From an uncultured Dehalococcoidia bacterium (GTDB lineage: Bacteria > Chloroflexota > Dehalococcoidia > Lucifugimonadales > JADFKI01): 53,189 nucleotides of DNA. The position numbers were made by a program, and so were the translations under genes. Under the pieces are notes generated by a model. That model had not been told where the DNA came from. It did not search any database and worked only from the letters and a program-made list of their open reading frames with translations. The first letter of the stretch is position 1; each line of letters begins with the position of its first letter. Positions 52,398-53,189 of this stretch are shown piece by piece. The DNA lies in contig CAZQPS010000023.1 in NCBI GenBank assembly GCA_964595285.1, positions 1-53,189 on the forward strand. Direction: 5' to 3'.

Positions 52398-53189
52398 CTA
52401 TTGGTTTGAAGAGCCCAAACTAATTATTTCTTTAGATTCCTGACCAAGAGCCAGAATCTTTCTACTTGAAAGCAAACCTTCTTTTGATAGAAAAAATAGA
52501 GCAATCAATATAGGTGGGCCAAAAACTACAATATGTAAAATCACTGAAAAGGCGATAGCATGGTGAGGAGAAGCGCCAAGCAGTATTAATATCTGCATTG
52601 CGAACCACTCGAAAGTACCTATAGCCATTGGAAGACCAGGCACGGTACTGCTAAAAAAAAGAATCGCAATAGTGACTACCGCCGCTTCAATCAGGGGTAA
52701 GCGTAGGCCAATAGAAATTCCGATTATCCATCCCGCCATTGCGATCATACCTGCCTGCAATATGGTAAGCATGAGAGCATATAGAGAACAGCGCCTACTT
52801 TGACGCAGAAAAAGCACTGCGGATCCAAATTGCTGAACGATCGTAATATCGCGTAACATTGGCATATTAGCAAGCACAGGACCTATCGAAAATAGTAAGA
52901 ATAAACTGCAAATCCCAAATCCAACGCCTACCGCAACTAGTAAAGCAAAAGGCTCTAGAGAATCTATCGTAAGAACCCCGATACCTAATACAGAGATTGT
53001 TACCAAAAATTCGAAAGTTCTTTGCAACGCCATGGTAGCGAGAACTTGAGCTAAAGGGATCTTATATCTCAAGACCAATAAACCTATCTCAATTACCTCA
53101 TCCAGCACCCTGACTGGACTAAAGGAATCTAGGGCTGTACCAGTTTGTTCTACTAATAGTAGCCTTGTTGAAGTCGTCTGATCGTCGGA
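52398..53189 (-). CDS. Lysylphosphatidylglycerol-synthase-TM / flippase-like (UPF0104) membrane protein, 5' end beyond the window
   Basis: The frame is open to the window edge; polytopic; VPGLPMAIGTFE resembles the P.PGG.G..E motif of the family. Confidence 0.6.
   Translation of the reverse strand, partial: SDDQTTSTRLLLVEQTGTALDSFSPVRVLDEVIEIGLLVLRYKIPLAQVLATMALQRTFEFLVTISVLGIGVLTIDSLEPFALLVAVGVGFGICSLFLLFSIGPVLANMPMLRDITIVQQFGSAVLFLRQSRRCSLYALMLTILQAGMIAMAGWIIGISIGLRLPLIEAAVVTIAILFFSSTVPGLPMAIGTFEWFAMQILILLGASPHHAIAFSVILHIVVFGPPILIALFFLSKEGLLSSRKILALGQESKEIISLGSSNQ

Noticed and set aside
1-53189. CRISPR array, IS/transposase, prophage, rRNA or defence system
   Set aside because: No regularly spaced repeats, no transposase/integrase/phage/nuclease motifs and no rRNA-like tracts were seen; the intergenic gaps are all short

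Overview
A core-chromosome window, most likely from a Chloroflexota bacterium of Dehalococcoidia/SAR202 type. This assignment is inferred from a DUF2298/Chlor_Arch_YYY protein, LLM and PPOX-type flavin/F420 enzymes, a GAAC-N4-GTTC SOS box and a str operon without tuf. The window contains an hspR-grpE-dnaK heat-shock operon and a contiguous ~21 kb minus-strand ribosomal superoperon (rpsL to rpsI) that lacks tuf and infA and includes an rpmJ missed by the ORF track. It also holds a partial methylcitrate cluster (acyl-CoA dehydrogenase, prpB, prpC), ruvB, a heterodimeric ABC exporter, a flavin reductase/LLM pair, amt, a 1542-aa tandem GT-C membrane glycosyltransferase, two tRNA-Ser genes and topA. 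I found no mobile element, CRISPR array, rRNA or recognisable defence system. The most interesting signals are an unannotated 55-aa protein with two metal-binding motifs (HxxxCxCxxC plus SEC-C) directly behind the giant glycosyltransferase, long charged extensions on uL5, uS17, uS5 and uS3, and several candidate operators (HAIR-like, LexA, a GTTAC-rich amt operator and a three-arm inverted repeat). All product calls come from motif recognition by eye; no searches were run.
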